Shown here: piece after piece, positions 63,322-64,000 of the stretch | Position numbering within the stretch: the first letter of the stretch is position 1 | Layout: each line of letters starts with the position of its first letter | From: Macrostomum lignano | Taxonomy: Eukaryota | Direction: 5' to 3' | NCBI GenBank assembly: GCA_002269645.1 | Contig: NIVC01002467.1 | Span: forward strand, 1-64,000 | DNA length: 64,000 nt | Notes under the pieces: generated by a model | The model's database searches: none | Told to the model about the DNA's origin: nothing | The model's input: the letters and a program-made list of their open reading frames with translations, nothing else | Program-made: the position numbers and the translations under genes

Positions 63322-64000
63322 ATGCCCAAGCATAGGCGAAAAAGCGGCGGCATGTTGAAATTGTTGGCATGCACCGAGACCCTCTCCATGGACGACGAAG
63401 ACTTGACTCAGTTTAATGAGGAAGGATGCTTCTTGCGCAACAACAGAACCCACGACGACGGGCCAATAATTGACGGGGACCGATCGCGAACTAAAGACGG
63501 TTTCTTACGAAAAGCGCTCAACAGTTTGCTAAACGATAAAGGCAGCGAAAACTTAAAGATTGTCAGCTCGACTAGGACTGGTAGGAGACTGGCCGATGCA
63601 CCTGCGGAAGCTACAACTGGCCCGCCAGCCGCAGCCGGTCGGTCTGTCAGTCGAAATCTGCGCAAACGTCTGATCGTGGCACTGCTGGAAGACTCCGGAC
63701 AGTTGTCGCCAGCCTCGGGAAGAATCGACAGAGGCAGCCGTCGGACAGCCGAGGCGGCTGCAGACATCAGGAAGCTGCTCCGCCAACTTAATGACGTCAT
63801 AGACGATTACAGCGGATCATCGAGCAGCGGAGTTGGCAGCAACAACACCAGTAGCAGCAGCAGGGACTGTAGCGGCTGCTGCGCCAGCGGAGGCGACGGT
63901 GGATGCTGCGAATTGCCGCAGAGCTCTTTACCACACGAATCACAGTTTGGCATCGACGAAAGGCCACCGCCGCTGCCGCCTCCAAGGCGACTGCAGATCG
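63322..64000 (+). CDS. Unidentified protein-coding exon, open to the window end (>=226 codons)
   Basis: I translated it by hand: no stop from ATG 63322 to 64000 (MPKHRRKSGGMLKLLACTETLSMDDEDL...RPPPLPPPRRLQI). GC-rich after AT-rich DNA. Missing from the ORF track, presumably because it has no stop codon in the window. Confidence 0.75.
   Translation, partial: MPKHRRKSGGMLKLLACTETLSMDDEDLTQFNEEGCFLRNNRTHDDGPIIDGDRSRTKDGFLRKALNSLLNDKGSENLKIVSSTRTGRRLADAPAEATTGPPAAAGRSVSRNLRKRLIVALLEDSGQLSPASGRIDRGSRRTAEAAADIRKLLRQLNDVIDDYSGSSSSGVGSNNTSSSSRDCSGCCASGGDGGCCELPQSSLPHESQFGIDERPPPLPPPRRLQI

Overview
Eukaryotic (animal) genomic DNA, very repeat-rich: GC-rich exons, AT-rich GT-AG introns, and minisatellites in most introns. 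The style recalls free-living flatworm assemblies such as Macrostomum, but that is an inference only. Host genes: HIBADH (1898-3273, +, 2 exons, two 1-nt frameshifts), an intact 4-exon SNX1/2-type sorting nexin (54603-49725, -, 477 aa), a partly disrupted single-pass membrane protein gene (~17207-19185, +), a 121-aa Tyr/Cys-rich orphan ORF (46829-47194) and an unidentified ORF running off the right end (63322->64000). The dominant structure is a 22,156-bp train (23226-45381, - strand) of eight head-to-tail non-autonomous Helitron-like units from two families. It sits in an A|T site with no target duplication, and a paralogous empty site is visible at ~4281-4293. The four divergent family-1 units carry a tRNA-like Pol III segment next to unit-specific satellite arrays. 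The near-identical family-2 units lie at the train's 5' end, suggesting serial re-insertion at the A|TC junction. A third Helitron family (3' end CAACAGCTTG, N-terminal STPR-like repeats) occurs as a tandem pair (4785-9027) and as a clean insertion into a 151-bp repeat array (10510-12079). Also present: two hAT-type non-autonomous elements with 8-bp TSDs, two LINE relics (RT and APE endonuclease), a ~3.6-kb foldback and more than 15 minisatellites. Most long ORFs in the supplied track are satellite artefacts.
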